Of a DNA stretch of 32,249 bases, positions 1-10,455 are shown piece by piece (position 1 is the stretch's first letter; every line of letters begins with the position of its first letter). Made by a program: the position numbers and the translations under genes. Source of the DNA: Mesotaenium endlicherianum (lineage: Eukaryota); NCBI GenBank assembly GCA_009602735.1, contig WELA01000395.1, positions 405,237 to 437,485 of the forward strand, written 5' to 3'. Under the pieces are notes generated by a model. It saw only the letters and a list, made by a program, of their open reading frames with translations, did not search any database and was not told the origin of the DNA.

Positions 1-830
1 TGTCGATATCCTCCAAAGTTGTGGCTGCCCCACTGCCTCTGACTATACTCCACAACGTCGACCCTTGTTGCCAATGCCATCATTTCTCCAAGACTGGTAG
101 GGTCCTTGAGCGCCACTTCCTTGGCCACAGTTGGCTTGAGTCCCCTCTTGAACTTGTCCATCATCTTCGACTCGTGCATGGATGGACGTTGAAGTACCAG
201 CTCGTTGAAGCGCGATACATACTCTTGAACGCTTCCTCGTTGACGAAGGGGCACCAATAGATCTCGAGCAATAGCCTCGGGTGCAATAGGTTGAAATTGC
301 CTCTTCAAGTCTTCAAATAGCTGATCAACAGTAGCAGGTGCTCCAGACAGCTGCTCTTCTTGTTCGTACCAAGCTCCAGCACTCTTCTGCAGCAAAGTTA
401 TGACAAAGGCGACTTGCCAGTCGGGCGTGAGCGCAGAATACTCCGTAAACTTCTTCAATCCAGAATCGATTGATAAACAAGCGGCAATTCACGCTCTCCT
501 TTATGCACTTCAGGCTTAGGCGCACGCACTCCCGATGCGGGTGGAATAACTGGCTGCACCACTGGGTTAACATGAATTGGTGGCACAACAGGTGCAGGTG
601 CCGAACTCGTCGAAGCGACGTTCTCCATAACAACTCGCACCATTCTCTCCACCTCCTGGCGCATATTTTGTTGAAACTGTGTGTAGACTTCTTCTCCAAT
701 TGCGTTTGCCATCTGCCTCAACATCGCCTGCATCTCTTGTTGCTCCCTTGACAAAGGTGGTGCCGTCCGCCCCACGCGCTCAACATGCTCGACATGTTCG
801 CCTCCTCTAGTTGCCGACTTCGACTGTATA
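1..830 (-). pseudogene. gag: Ty3/gypsy gag remnant (retrotransposon capsid domain), runs off the left edge of the window
   Basis: Minus-strand translation gives ...GVRAPKPEVHKGER, then a frameshift near 455-480, then LKKFTEY...LLQKSAGAWY...LKRQFQP...LRQRGSVQEYVSRFNEL...MDKFKRGLKPTVAKEVALKDPTSLGEMMALATRVD. These are typical gag motifs (LxQxGSVxEY..F; F..GL). It lies directly downstream of the PBS. No intact ATG was seen. Confidence 0.9.
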
Positions 831-852
831 ATATAATATGCAAATTAGCCCA

Positions 853-864
853 GCTCCGATACCA
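853..864 (-). promoter_or_regulatory. Primer-binding site complementary to the 3' end of initiator tRNA-Met
   Basis: Minus strand reads TGGTATCGGAGC, an 11/12 match to the canonical plant PBS TGGTATCAGAGC, 2 nt after the LTR-terminal CA. Confidence 0.9.
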
Positions 865-866
865 GA

Positions 867-1610
867 TGAAAGGAGCAGAGTGCCCTATTGGAAGCGTAGT
901 AACTCACGAGGAAAGAAACTAGTTGCAATCATGCTAAAGAGTGCAACGGCATATCACTAAGAAAGCTTAGGAAAATTACTTGACATTTTGAGTAGCAAGA
1001 AACTACTCACAAATGATGCAGGATGAAAGGTCTTGTCATTACAAACCCGTAGAAATTTACAGAAGTGAAAACTGATAAGAAACAAAGAAGTTATGCCTAT
1101 TTATAATTTTTTGCCTAAGTGCTCCTCCCTAGGAAGAAGCTACGGATTTTCCTAAGTGTTCGTCAAATCGTCCCTTCCAGAATATTCGTGAGTAAGCCAG
1201 ATCAGTCTAATCTGACGTGTCGGGCCGAATTGACGTCCACATACATGCATCGACATTACTAGAATATTCTATCTTAGACGCGCTAGGCTAAACCGAAACT
1301 TCTAGGTAAATCGACCTAGTCGGCACTCCGCGTCAGCCGAACTTACGTGAAGGTTCGAGTTCATTCTAACGGGCCAGATCGCTCGACGCTGTCGGTCAAT
1401 CCGACGGTCGCGCTCACCGCGAATTAAGGACAGTCGTCGACCGACCTCAAAACTAATTAAACTTCGGAAATCCATAACTCTCTCAATACTTGACCAAATT
1501 CGATGAACTTTATATCAAAATGACCAAAAAAATGCACTCTACACTACTGTACAATCAAAATATACTTTCATGAAACTCAAAAATGCACTTTATAAACCTA
1601 TGACCTTACA
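867..1610 (-). mobile_element. 5' LTR (~744 bp) of the Ty3/gypsy element
   Basis: Minus strand begins TGTAAGG (1610) and ends CCTTTCA (867), a 6/7 terminal inverted repeat. The PBS follows immediately. There is a TATAAATA on the minus strand near 1097-1104 and an abrupt switch to GC-rich repeat at 1611. Confidence 0.8.
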
Positions 1611-1611
1611 G

Positions 1612-2220
1612 GGCTGCTGGCCTGCCGCAGCCAGCCCGACCCGACGGAAACGTGCAAAAAGCCCGCCCCGACAGAAAAGAGCGAGGGGCCGGCTGCTGGC
1701 CTGCTGCAGCCAGCTCAACCTAAGGGAGGCTAGCAAGAAGCCCGCCCCAACAGAGAAGAGCGAAGGGCCGGTTGCTGGCCTGCTGCGCCCCAACGGAGAC
1801 GTGCAAGAAGCTCCCCCCAACAGAAAAGATCGAGGGGTTGGCTGCTGGAGAGCTGCAACCTGTGCGCCCCGACGAAAACGTGCAAGGGGGGGGCTGCTCG
1901 CTTGCTACGCCAGCCCGCCCCGACGGAAACGAGCAAGACGCCCCCCCCAACAGAAACGAGCGAGGGGCCGGGTGCTGGCCTGCTGCAACCAGCCCGACCC
2001 GGCAAAGACGAGCAAGAAGCCTGCCCCGACAGAGAAGAACGAGGGGCCGGTTGCTGGCCTGCTGCAGCCAGCGCGCCCCGACGGAAACGTGCAAGGGGGG
2101 GGCTGCTGGCTTGCTGCGCCAGCCCGCCCCAATGGAAACAAGCAAGACGCCCCTCCCGACAGAAACGAGCGAGGGGCCGGCTGCTGACCTGCTGCAACCA
2201 GCCCGCCCCGACGGAGCAAG
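1612..2220. repeat. GC-rich tandem array of ~79-bp units with interspersed ~52-bp units; degenerate copies continue at ~2455-2625
   Basis: Consensus GGCTGCTGGCCTGCTGCAGCCAGCCCGCCCCGACGGAAACGTGCAAGAAGCCCGCCCCGACAGAAAAGAGCGAGGGGCC recurs with unit starts near 1612, 1691, 1770, 1840, 1892, 1970, 2049, 2101 and 2179. Confidence 0.92.
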
Positions 2221-2368
2221 CAGAGGAGGGACCTAGGGGCCTGGGCCTGTGCCCCCCCTACCTGTCCTTCTTGACAGTGTAGATTGAGTCGCCCTTGGGC
2301 GATGTGCACGTCGACACGTAGGCTCCGCCGTCCCGCTTTTTGGACGAGACACATGTCACCACCTGCCT

Positions 2369-2428
2369 CCCCCCCCCCCCCCCNNNNNNNNNNNNNNNNN
2401 NNNNNNNNNNNCCCCCCCCCCCCCCCCC
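2369..2428. other. Assembly gap (28 N, 2384-2411) inside a poly-C tract
   Basis: Run of Ns flanked on both sides by C homopolymers. Confidence 0.98.
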
Positions 2429-4113
2429 ACGCAGGAAACTCCAAGTGGCAAATGAGCTCCGCCCCGACCGCAGCAAGCAAGGGGCAGGTTGCAGCACTGC
2501 AGCAGCCAGCCTACCCTCACTGAAGCTATCAAAGGGGGGGCTCCTGGCCTGCTCCAGCCTGGCTGCCCCACTGAAACAAGCAAGGGGCAGCCTGCTGGCC
2601 TGCTGCAGGCAGCCCGCCCAGACCATAACAGACCACACAACACAAGACTGCAGCGCCTCTAGCATCCGAGGGTGCAGCCACTGCCATTGTCCCACGCATA
2701 TCGTAGAGTAAGGGAGGGACGAAAGAGAGTAAAAGTGGGGAGTAACAACGGCTGCCAGCTCCTCCAACACAAAAGCGGTGGTGGCCGGCCACACTGATCT
2801 ATGCACATCACATGATCTATGCACATCAAATTAAACAACGGCGGGGCAGCCGCCACCTTTGCCTGGCCATCCATATCGAGATTTGAAACAAAAAGCAGAC
2901 CTTCTCGGGCCCCCGGTATGCAAACAAGTAGCCAAATGAGGAAGTGCATACGTTTTTTATTGCTGTGACACTAATTGTCAAAGCCTACCTGTTCTGGTAG
3001 CGGGCGGACTTTACAGATGACGTAAGTGCAAAAGAGTCTGTTGGTCTCCTGTAAAAACATGCTGACTTGTCACCGTCAGCATCAAGCTGCCATAAAACGA
3101 AATCCGACATTGCAGTATGCCAATACTGAACATTGCAAAAACTAAGAGCGCGTGGTAGATGTTTCCCACGCATTAATATTTCATATCGGCTGAAATTTGA
3201 GCAAACGGAACATGCCAATAATTTCACCTGCCAAAACCTGTCACTGTGTCAATGAAGGTGGGCGAAGGCAGGTCTTAAAAGAAAACCTCAATAAAGCCTC
3301 TCAAAGAGAAACTTTGCCAATTTCTCTGTGACAAAGAGTTGTGGACGAGAAAGGAGGAAGACGTTTCAGCGTTGGGGTGCCTTTGTGAGAAAAATAGAAT
3401 AGGAGGCAAAAACACCTTGGTTTGCTTTCCTGAAATATGTCTTTGCACACCCGCAAAATCCGTTCACCATTTGCGCGAGATCGCGAGGAGGGGAATTGAC
3501 AAATACAGTTTGGAAAATGTGCACGAGATGCACTGTAAACCAAACAGGCTTTTTGATAATGCCCTTCTTTTGAAAAACGTTAGTTGCAGTTTTATTCAAT
3601 ACCGCAATTGCCATTGTTGAATATTGGTGCCGTGTCCACTGCAAACAAGCCCTTAGTACATATCCGTGAGTCGTCGTAGTTACAAGTGGTATTTTACGCT
3701 TGATTACCCTTCATGACACGTTTCGAGAGTCGCGAAAGGTGAGACTCGTTGAGTCAAGACGCGAGGTTTCTCGACCACTGCTAGACCATGCCAACCTGTG
3801 CTCACAGATGTCGTGCCTGATGGCGTCGGACCCTGGGCACGTGTGTGGATTTCCAGCACGTGTATTTTCAACCTGGTCAATGCGTCGGTGGCCCTCCGTG
3901 CGTGTGGGTTCTTCCTGGTCGACTGGTCGGTGCGTCGCTGCACGTGGGCATTTGACCTAGTCAGTTGCCCTTCACACGTGTGTCGGTGGACAGTTGACCA
4001 ATTTTTGGTCTCTTACACCATTGAGTGAGAGAACTCCATACTTCGTGTTTTCCACACCAGGCTGTTCTCACCTTCTTCATCATTCAACACTTAACAATTT
4101 TGCAAAAAGTTTT

Positions 4114-6593
4114 CTATCTCTCAATTTTCCTTACATCGTCCCTGTCTCTTTGCCTGAAAGCTATCTGTTTTCCAGCTTTTAGACTGGGAAGTTTAGGAAG
4201 GGAATCAGGACATTCCCAACGTCTTGACATAATCTCTTCATCACCAATGCAGAAAGTGTGCCATCTAACGCAACACTTATCACATGTCACCATTGCTTTG
4301 TGGTCCTCCAGCACTTTGCAGCTGGCGCAAGGTGTGGCTGGCACCAATTCCTCACGCATAGCCTTGACCGTGGGGTCAATATTGGGCAAATGGCATAGTG
4401 AACAATTCTGCATATGATCCCTCATGGTTTTGCTGACAGAGCCTTCCAACTCTAGCATGCCATTTCCAAACGCATGTTTCACGCGCAAGATTACTGCACC
4501 TGAACTAGTGTCGATGGTGATCTTGGTCTGACGCATTCTGTAGACGAAGTCTCCTTCCTTGATCAAAGTTATTTGTAGGCGGTAGCTTTCATCTCATGTC
4601 TCTGCGCAACGCTGCGTATCTCTTTTCTGCGCAATTTTTAAGTTGTCCAGAGCAGCTGGCGTCATGCCTTCAAACAATGCCTTCCGACGCACCATGGCTT
4701 TTAGTAGCTCATCAGGACTGTCCGGGTCTTTCGCCTGTTCAAATTTCTGTTTAATGCTTCTAGGCATTACAGGCTTTTGACCAAACAAGATCTGATATGG
4801 CGAGTACTTTGCCAGAGCAGCCTGCTTGTTGAACCTATAGCCCATAACCAACCATGGCAGAGCTAAGTCCCAGCCCCGTTTGTCATGCTCCAAGCAAAAC
4901 TTTCGGAGTGATGATTTGACGGTTTGCATCATCCTATCTGCCAAACCGTTTGCTTGTGGATGGTCTCTGGAGTTAGCGCGATGATCAATGAAGCATTTAT
5001 CCTAGAGCTTTTAAAAAGACCCCTAGATTTCAGACCCTTGGTCTGTCAACGCTTCTGCTGGCGTCACATGACGCACAATAACATTGTTGAGGAGGGCTTC
5101 TGCCGTTCCCAAGCTTTCCTTAGTAGTGAGGGGGACGACCTCTATCCACTTAGAAAAATGCTCAATCATGACCATAATGTACTTGTTACCTCGCTTGGAC
5201 AGCGGTAGCTCACCTGCAAGATCGCAGCTCCAGCGGTAGCCTAGGCACATGATCAGCAGAGGTTGCAGGTGCGGATGCTCCTGGGTGACGCAATCGCAAT
5301 TTTTGCAGGCCTTAACCACGTCTTTGCACTGCTGCTTCATGCCCCCCCACCAGAAAGACAGCTCCATAGTCTCCTGTGTTTCCATGCATTTCTTGCACGA
5401 GAGCTCGCCTTTTGGCAAGTTCTGGCACTGGTTTTTCCTGACCATTCTCTTCAATTATAAGAAGGTCGCTGCATTTCCAACAAAAGCTCTTAGCGCGATG
5501 GCTCACCTGGTCTTTCAAAGATAGTCCCTCCAGGTCTGTCTTCAGCCAGTAGTGCATAGTGGCTTGATCCTTCCAAATCTTTGGACTGAACAGGGGTGGA
5601 GGCTCAACTTCACTTGGTTCTGCCATACCAGCCATTTCGACTAGACATGCGGCCAACTCTGCTAGGCTGCTCGCGTCTTCATCTTCACGAGCTCCTGTCT
5701 TGTCGTCGGAAGATGGATCAGTATTCCTACTGAGTCCATCAACGTCGTTGTTTAGCACAACTGCTTGGTGCACCGCCGTCATCTGCTACTTCTGCAGCTT
5801 GCGGGCCCTGCGAGCTAATTTACCAGTGAGGTCTTCATCAGCCAAATTAATGGCGAGTGATCAATGATCAGCGTGAAGGTTCTTCCCCACAGATACTCTC
5901 TAAAGTGTGCTACAGCCCAAACTTCGGCCAACAACTCTCCTTTGTAGGACAAGTGGTTGCTTTCTACCCTGTTATTTGAGCGAGAAGCATAGGCAATCAC
6001 CCCAGTTATGGGATTCGTATGCATTGGTCATTTGGCGGCGTATAACGCGGCGTATTTCGCCGTATTTGCAAAACACGTATAATAGGCAAATTAAGAAATT
6101 AAGTAGATAGAGCCGAGTCGCTTCGCTCCGCTTTATTCAATTTGAACCATTTCAAAAGAGTTTCGTTTCAATGTTCATTTCGAGCACGTACGGGTCTGCC
6201 AACTCGCCCGGTGATGACGGACAGACTCGGCCGAAAAGATTGACAACTACTTGTGCATCCGCTCACTAGATTCTGTGCAGATGGCTCCCGACCACTCCCC
6301 AGCACTCCCGACCACACACAACCACTCCCGACCACTCCCATCAGTGCTCGTCAGCCATTTTTTGCTTGATAGGCAACGACTTTACACGTTTTCGTTATTT
6401 GTTCGGTCAGTTTGTTAGAGTTGACGTTTTTTTGCCTTTCACATGTGCGGTCGATTTATATGTCGTTTCTTTCGCCGACACACTTATTTAGCTCGTAATA
6501 CGGCAACGGTTGACGTAATACGTGTGTACGTCCGCGTAATACGTATAAAACAAATACGTTTCCCATAACTAGGGCAATCACATACTCTTCCCT
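4114..6593 (-). pseudogene. pol: Decayed Ty3/gypsy pol fragment: RNase H, integrase and a C-terminal PHD finger; interrupted at 6001-6573
   Basis: RNase H: EEYVIAYASRSNN..E...ELLAEVWAVAHFREYLWGRTFTLIIDHSPL (5815-6000 plus 6582-6593). Integrase zinc finger and core: FWWGGMKQQCKDVVKACKNC, WSCDLAGELPLSKRGNKYIMVMIEHFSKW, LTDQGSE (5023-5454). Core end: WDLALPWLVMGYR..YSPYQILFG (4594-4944). C-terminus with PHD at 4114-4566. Multiple frameshifts and stops. Confidence 0.93.
6001..6573. mobile_element. Non-autonomous TIR DNA transposon, 573 bp, hAT-like (8-bp TSD)
   Basis: Left end CCCAGTTATGGGATTCGTAT versus reverse complement of the right end CCTAGTTATGGGAAACGTAT (17/20). It is flanked by GCAATCAC at 5993-6000 and 6574-6581. 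Removing it plus one TSD copy restores the RNase H frame E-E-Y-V-I-A-Y-A-S-R. Internal 10-bp repeats (ACCACTCCCG) lie at ~6285-6340. Confidence 0.9.
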
Positions 6594-6603
6594 AGGACTT
6601 TCG

Positions 6604-6779
6604 TGTAACGATCCACCACGTGGCCGGATGCGGCGCGTGCGACACGTCGCGAAATGCGACCAAAAGTGTCGGTTTGAATGTGTATAAGTACAATTGGCGC
6701 GATATTAAAGTACCTTGAGTTACCTTTTTGTTTGTATCATTACATTCGTATTGGAGCGCGAACATACGCAATCGTTACA
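6604..6779. mobile_element. Possible short LTR-like element (TG...CA)
   Basis: Perfect 9-bp terminal inverted repeat TGTAACGAT / ATCGTTACA close to where the first pol remnant breaks off. No TSD or PBS was found. Confidence 0.35.
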
Positions 6780-7146
6780 AGTCTGTCGATGCGCACATAC
6801 GTTGTACCAATGTACTTTGTCAGTTGCATCATTACAATGTATCAGTCAAGTGTTGAGCTTTGACGGGTTTACTTTTCTGTCAGCGGCTAAAGCCAACTTC
6901 GCCTGTTTGTGCACCTCTTGAAGAGCATGGACAAAGCGGTGTGCACTTGGCACTCTCTTGGTTGACATCTCGGCCTGACCGGGTACCATACGTGTCAGGG
7001 GAATGTGCGGATGTCTTCCATAATCAAGGAGAAGCGAAGTTTTCTTAACACTTTTTTGATAAGCATTATTTACTTGGAACTTTGCAATTGAAAGAAGGGT
7101 GTCCCAGTTGTCTTAGCGAGAATTTACTTATGTCAAAAGAATTATT

Positions 7147-10100
7147 TCAGAACATGGTCAATCTTGTTGTCCGACTAACGGTCTGAGGATGGAAGCTAGT
7201 GGACATCTTAAGGTTTGTGCCGAAGTACGAGCAAACTTCCTGCCAGAAGTGGCTTGTAAATCTACTGTCACGATCGCTTATGATCTCTTTAGGGATGCCA
7301 TGTAACTTGAACAACATTATGTTGTCCATACTGTCTATCGTTACGGCTACACTGTTCAAGCTAGTACCCAGGAGATCTAGGAAAAACGGATCTTTGCGAT
7401 AGCCCTCGTGAAACAATTGATGCAGGTCAAGTGATTCCAAGGTATGCATGCTATCCAAAAAGGGTGTGGCCGCGTCACCAGGCGTGGTTGCAGCAGTCGT
7501 TTGGGAGGGTACAACAGAAGCAAGGGTGGCCACCCTCGCAACTTGACCGTTTTGTTCTTGCAAGCTCGCAACAGTCTCCACCATCAAGACGTGATGAGGA
7601 ATTCGACTTATATGTCCGCGACATTGTTGCGACTAGGGCGATACGCCCACTCGAAGTGGAATCGTTGCAAGAACTTAGACCATCTCGTCTGCCGTCTTCA
7701 CAGCGTTGGCTGAATTTGAAAGAAGGTATGTATTTGGACAGTGATCCGTAACCACTGTCAAACCCTTGCAACCTTCCAAATAACATCGCTCAAAGAATAT
7801 ATAACTGCCTAGAGCTCCTGCTCTGCCGTTGAGGACTTTTGTTTGGCAGGTGTCAACTTTTGACTCTTGAAACAAATAGGTTGATCTGCCTGCAACAGGA
7901 CAGCCCCTATTCCAACACCGGACGCATTAACAACCGCCTCGGGATTGGCTAATGAACAAATCGACGCATAAGTGAGTACATACTTTCCTCGTCAGAGCAG
8001 TGTGTGGCGCGGGCCGCGGCCGTCACTGAATAACCTTGCATAAATTTACAAACGTAGCTAGCAAATCCAAGGAATGAATGTACACTATGTATAGCAATCG
8101 GACTTGCCAATTTGTGACATACGCAATCTTGGCAAGATCGGGACGCACCTCTTTTCGAACCCACAATGTGCCCGAGGTACAACAGTTTATCCTTTAGGAA
8201 GGAACGTTTCCTGAGCTTAGCATACAGTTGTTGCTCGCAAAGGATTTGCAACACCAAATCCAGGTGTTTGTAATGCTTGGCCTCCATCTTTGAATAGACA
8301 AGGATATCACGAGGTAAATTTGGACGAACTTATCCAAATACGGTCTAAACAAATCGTTTATCGTGCTCTGGAATGTCGCTGGTACATTGGTAAGTCCAAA
8401 ACTTAGGACTTCGTATGGGAAGTGCCTAATAGGCATTTGAAACGTTGTCTTGGGGATGTCTTCTGGTGTGATATGAATTTGATGATAGCCTTGGGCTAGA
8501 TCAAGCGAGGAGAACACTCGTGCCCCTTGCAACGAACCAAACAAATCATCAATGCGAGTGTAATGAATCAGTTCATTATTTATTTAATTAATTGCATGTA
8601 TAAATACAACACTAAATAAGTATTATGTCAATATACTCACAGGCGCGAGTTCATTTAAATGAATGTATGTCGATGTAATGCGAGTTTACTTACTTTGTCA
8701 AAAAGGTCAGCGAGATGACTTTTGTATCATAGTGTAGTTTGCTGACTTTGTTGAGAAGGTCAGCAGGATGACTTTTGTATCATAGTATAGTTTGCTGAGA
8801 TTTATATATCAGTTATATATAGGATGTAATATCAGCAGGATGACATATAGTAAGCTCGCTTGATATTAGTCAATATACTTAGCTTCAGTACGCCGAGGGT
8901 AGATATATTCATTTAGATTATTACTTGTAGATTGGCACATGTGACCGTAGTATACTGAAAGTCGGAAGGTCGACTGAGATTTGGTAAACCGATGTCCTAC
9001 CAGTGTGGTTAACTCCTGGGTTGGCGGAGCCGTCGTCAGTCAAGTGAACAATTAGGACTTCAGTCAGCCGACCAATTAATATGGTCGTTATACCTAGATC
9101 CGTGGGTCCCAACTTAACGGGTTTCCCACGAAACGGCGCACCTTGCGCCGTGGTCAACCAGGTGGTCACTAGGTACATAGCAGGCTGGGATCTCGTGGTC
9201 CCTCATTCTGGACAGTAGGCTTTACAGTCGGATTTTTACTTGCAAGTCATGTGTGCACTTTTGGGTTCGTTCTAATGACCAGCCTTCACGGAAATTGACA
9301 TGGCTGCTTCGTTTGCGCTCCATTTGGAGCGAACTAGGACTTTTTGGAAAGGTCTTGTCAAGATGCATCTGTTGTCATTAATTTTGCTTAATTTGAAAAA
9401 GTAGTGACAGAGTTATGCCTTCTGACATTTCGGGATCACACAACGGACAGATTCCATGGTTTTGCACCTAAGTCAGTGGGATGTGATTTAGCTACTTTAT
9501 GGTCATCTGAATGAGAGCGCCTTTGCTGTTCAGTCCCCTGATGTTGTGTATGTGCTTATACATGCTTGTATGCCTGGTAGGCAAGAGGCCATGAGTTTCT
9601 AAAGGAGAAGCTCTAGTCCTCAAGCTCGCCTCTTTCTTGTGCCTTGTATTAGTGTGCAACTATGGCACACTACGGTAAGTGAGTCAAGGATTATAGATGA
9701 GTAAACGGAATTCATTTTAAGGACGAAGATTGCTCCCTTATTTTACACGCTTTCACCTATCTCTGATCTTATATATTTAAATGAAACATATTAATCTTGA
9801 ATAAGCAAGATTCATTTCAACGAGGTAACAAATAGCGGTTCTTGACCGTTATGTTGTTCAACGCACGATAACCAATGCACATTCACAGCGTCTCATCTTT
9901 CTTTTGTACAAATAGGATGGGTTCCCCAAATGGAGAAGAGCTTGGCTCAATCCATCCTTTATCGAGCAAGTCGGTAGTTTGGTCCTTCAATTTCGTGAGC
10001 TCCAACGGGCTTAGGCGATATATAGGCCGCCAAGTAAGTTAAGCATCGGGAACAAAAGGGATAGTATGCCCAATACTCCGATCAGGTGGTAACCCGGCTG

Positions 10101-10290
10101 GTATTTCACTCGGGAAAACAGACTTATACTTTTGCAAAAGAGCAGACAATTCAGCAGTATGTGTTGTGACCTGACCAGGGACTTCTAACATAGACTCTTT
10201 CGTAAAGAGCGTAGTGAAAGGCTCTGGGGGTGCTTGTCTCAATTTTCCACAGAAAAGATCTTGACCTCGCTTAGCCAAACATTGAGCTTG
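7147..10290 (-). pseudogene. pol: Second decayed Ty3/gypsy pol (pre-RT linker, RT, RNase H, partial integrase), split by a solo LTR
   Basis: Linker LLQKYKSVFPSEIPAGLPPDRSIGHTI (10039-10278). [54 protein letters not shown] (9825-10035), continuing RIDDLFGSLQGARVFSSLDLAQGYHQI...SFGLTNVPATFQ (8194-8555). The YLDD motif is broken by a 1-nt deletion near 8303-8316. RNase H: CYLEG...VVTDH. Integrase: LHGIPKEIISDRDSRFTSHFW...MSTSFHPQT. Confidence 0.93.
8559..9819. mobile_element. Solo LTR (1261 bp) inserted in the RT coding region
   Basis: Starts TGTAATGAATC and ends GATTCATTTCA (10/11 inverted match). 5-bp TSD GCGAG (8554-8558) / ACGAG (9820-9824). Removal restores RT 'LPRIDDLF'. Contains a ~53-bp internal tandem duplication at ~8702-8798. 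Confidence 0.88.
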
Positions 10291-10319
10291 CTTAATGGAC
10301 GATAGAATAGTCGCTTTAG

Positions 10320-10455
10320 GAATAAAGCGGAGGGAAGCGACCCGGCTCTATCTACTTAATTTATTAATTTGTCTATTATACGTATTTTGCAAATACGGCG
10401 AAATACGCCGCGTTATACGCCGCCAAATGACCAATACGTGCAAATCCCATAACTA
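10320..10455 (-). mobile_element. Truncated, inverted second copy of the 6001-6573 TIR element (one end only)
   Basis: Reverse complement aligns to ~6003-6138 with only scattered mismatches, including the TIR (TAGTTATGGGA) and TTGGTCATTTGGCGGCGTATAACGCGGCGTATTTCGCCGTATTTGCAAAA. Confidence 0.93.

Noticed and set aside
1612..2220. CRISPR-like interpretation of the repeat array
   Set aside because: Units are contiguous and degenerate with no unique spacers; eukaryotic context and no cas genes.
1570..2824. Many overlapping ORFs in all frames
   Set aside because: Products of the stop-poor GC-rich tandem array and the N gap.
3679..3698. Possible plus-strand LTR end and PBS (GTTACA-AG-TGGTATT)
   Set aside because: Only 6 nt match the tRNA-Met PBS, no gag follows, and no confident LTR start or TSD was found.
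6100..6138. Helitron-like 3' hairpin (GAGCGAAGCGACTC...CTAC on the minus strand) inside the TIR element
   Set aside because: It ends CTAC rather than CTRR, the stem is weak, and it is present in both copies as part of the TIR element.
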